Assembly (NCBI GenBank): GCA_030037665.1
Contig: JASHQG010000152.1
Span: 1 to 47,257, forward strand
Length of the DNA: 47,257 nt
Source of the DNA: Acetobacteraceae bacterium
Lineage (GTDB): Bacteria > Pseudomonadota > Alphaproteobacteria > Acetobacterales > Acetobacteraceae
Direction of reading: 5' to 3'
Below, one piece after another: positions 46,252 to 47,257 of the stretch. Each line of letters starts with the position of its first letter. Positions within the stretch are counted from its first letter, which is position 1. The notes beneath the pieces were generated by a model, which made no database searches, had not been told where the DNA came from, and saw only the letters and a list, made by a program, of their open reading frames with translations. The translations under genes and the position numbers were made by a program.

Positions 46252-46682
46252 ATGCGGAACGGACTAGGAACGACCGTGCCGGCCTGCGAAGCGGGAAAGA
46301 CCCGCTGGGCGCACGACCAGACCGGCTACCACCTGGTCTGCATCCCGCAATACCGCCGCAGGATTTCGACCCCCGACGTTGCCGAGGCGCCCAGGCACCC
46401 CATCGGGCAGTGTTGCTGACGGCTCGGTCTTTCCCGGATAGCCGTCGAGACCGACCTCGACCGCGCGTATGTCTTTGTCTCTGCGCCGCCGCGCTGGTCA
46501 CTGGCGCAGATCGCCAACGTGCTCAAGGGCTACATGTCACGCTATCTGCGCGAACAATTCCCCGATCTGAAGCGCACCTGCGGACGGGATCAATCGGGAC
46601 CCGGGCCTACTATGTGGGGCCTGCGGGGCCGGTATCCGCGGACATCGTCCGCTATTACATCGCGGACTGCCACGGCCGGTAA
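46252..46682 (+). pseudogene. Degenerate IS200/IS605-family tnpA (Y1 transposase)
   Basis: YHLVCIPQYRRRI...(in-frame TGA at 46417-46419)...ETDLDRAYVFVSAPPRWSLAQIANVLKGYMSRYLREQFPDLKR, then a frameshift into ...RAYYVGPAGPVSADIVRYYI. The HUH motif has decayed (D-R-A-Y-V instead of D-H-V-H-L). Confidence 0.6.
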
Positions 46683-46798
46683 GCGCGCTCAGCGGCGCGC
46701 TTCCGTCCCAATCCCGCAAACGGAAGGGGAATTCCCGCGCGTCTCGTTAACGGCGGCAACGGACAAACTGGCACTTTTCTTCGCACCGTCGACAACAC

Positions 46799-46978
46799 GA
46801 CAGCCGGCGCTTTACCCCGGCCTTCCTCATGCACCAGCCAGTTGCGCCAGGCGCCGGTCTTCGCTACAATCCCGACCATGATCTGTGGCACGTGCATCGC
46901 ATTGAGGACGGCCCGCACGCTGGTGCGCGGCTCCGTGCGCGTGCTGGCGACCTCGATCGCCCTCGGTCTCCTCCTTCG
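46799..46978 (-). pseudogene. Possible IS5-family (IS427/IS1031-type ORF-A, DUF4096-like) transposase remnant
   Basis: RRRRPRAIEV...RTSVRAVLNAMHVPQIMVGIVAKTGAWRNWLVHEEG resembles the GRPR...R-VLNAI-YVLRTG-WR-LP motif block of these ORFs. It has no ATG start and is heavily diverged. Confidence 0.3.
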
Positions 46979-47082
46979 ACTTAGCCGCCCCTGAGCGCTG
47001 CGCCAGGCTGCTGAACGCCGGCTTCGCTCAGGGGGACCCCTGAGGCTAACGTCGCGTCAACAGTACTGAGGAATCTGAGACA

Positions 47083-47257
47083 ATGAGCATCGAACATCCC
47101 AGCTTCGGCAAGCTGGACGACAACCGGATCATCATCTTTGACACCACGCTCCGCGACGGCGAGCAGTCGCCCGGGTTCTCGATGAACCTCAACGAGAAGA
47201 TCCGCATGGCGGAGGCGCTGACCGAACTGGGCGTGGATGTCCTGGAGGCGGGGTTTG
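47083..47257 (+). CDS. leuA: 2-isopropylmalate synthase, 5' end (continues beyond the window)
   Basis: [58 protein letters not shown] matches the canonical LeuA N-terminus. SD GAGGAA upstream. Too short to appear in the ORF track. Confidence 0.85.
   Translation, partial: MSIEHPSFGKLDDNRIIIFDTTLRDGEQSPGFSMNLNEKIRMAEALTELGVDVLEAGF

Noticed and set aside
1-47257. CRISPR arrays, rRNA genes, prophage, or toxin-antitoxin or defence-system gene sets
   Set aside because: No regularly spaced direct repeats were seen beyond the two short coding repeats reported. No rRNA-like segments and no recognisable defence, TA or phage structural proteins appear among the translations.

Overview
High-GC (by eye) chromosomal segment whose gene content and order look alphaproteobacterial, probably Bradyrhizobiaceae/Nitrobacteraceae-like. 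That placement is inferred from gene families and from the conserved aroE-coaE-dnaQ and glcDEF arrangements, and has not been checked by search. I support about 45 protein-coding features and found no rRNA, tRNA or CRISPR array. Most of the window is ordinary metabolism and housekeeping:
- a CUT1-type ABC importer without its ATPase
- cupin and GST genes
- intracellular PHB depolymerase
- pit / MaoC-pta / ackA
- a LysR-MFS pair
- an amidohydrolase
- glycolate oxidase glcDEF
- epmA and a crotonase
- aroE-coaE-dnaQ
- a CoA-transferase/MaoC/metallophosphoesterase trio
- the start of leuA

Two regions stand out.
1. 28.3-33.8 kb holds a compact six-gene group 3b-type (sulfhydrogenase-like) [NiFe]-hydrogenase operon. 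A 153-aa cyclic-nucleotide-binding-domain ORF with no DNA-binding domain is translationally coupled between the beta and gamma subunit genes. An FNR/FixK-like palindrome lies about 350 nt upstream, no hyp maturation genes are nearby, and the neighbouring luciferase-like oxidoreductase gene carries two frameshifts.
2. 42.3-47.1 kb looks like a decayed islet. A 923-aa signal-peptide-less sedolisin (S53) protease carries three tandem beta-sandwich (choice-of-anchor-D-like) domains and a strictly periodic CC-x6 cysteine tail. It is flanked on the left by lower-GC non-coding DNA and on the right by remnants of at least three IS families.

Further IS and pseudogene scars lie at 7.8-8.5 kb and 13.3-15.2 kb. 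Many long ORFs in the supplied track are antisense shadows typical of GC-rich DNA and were rejected. All family assignments come from reading the translations by eye. No database search, HMM or GC calculation was run.
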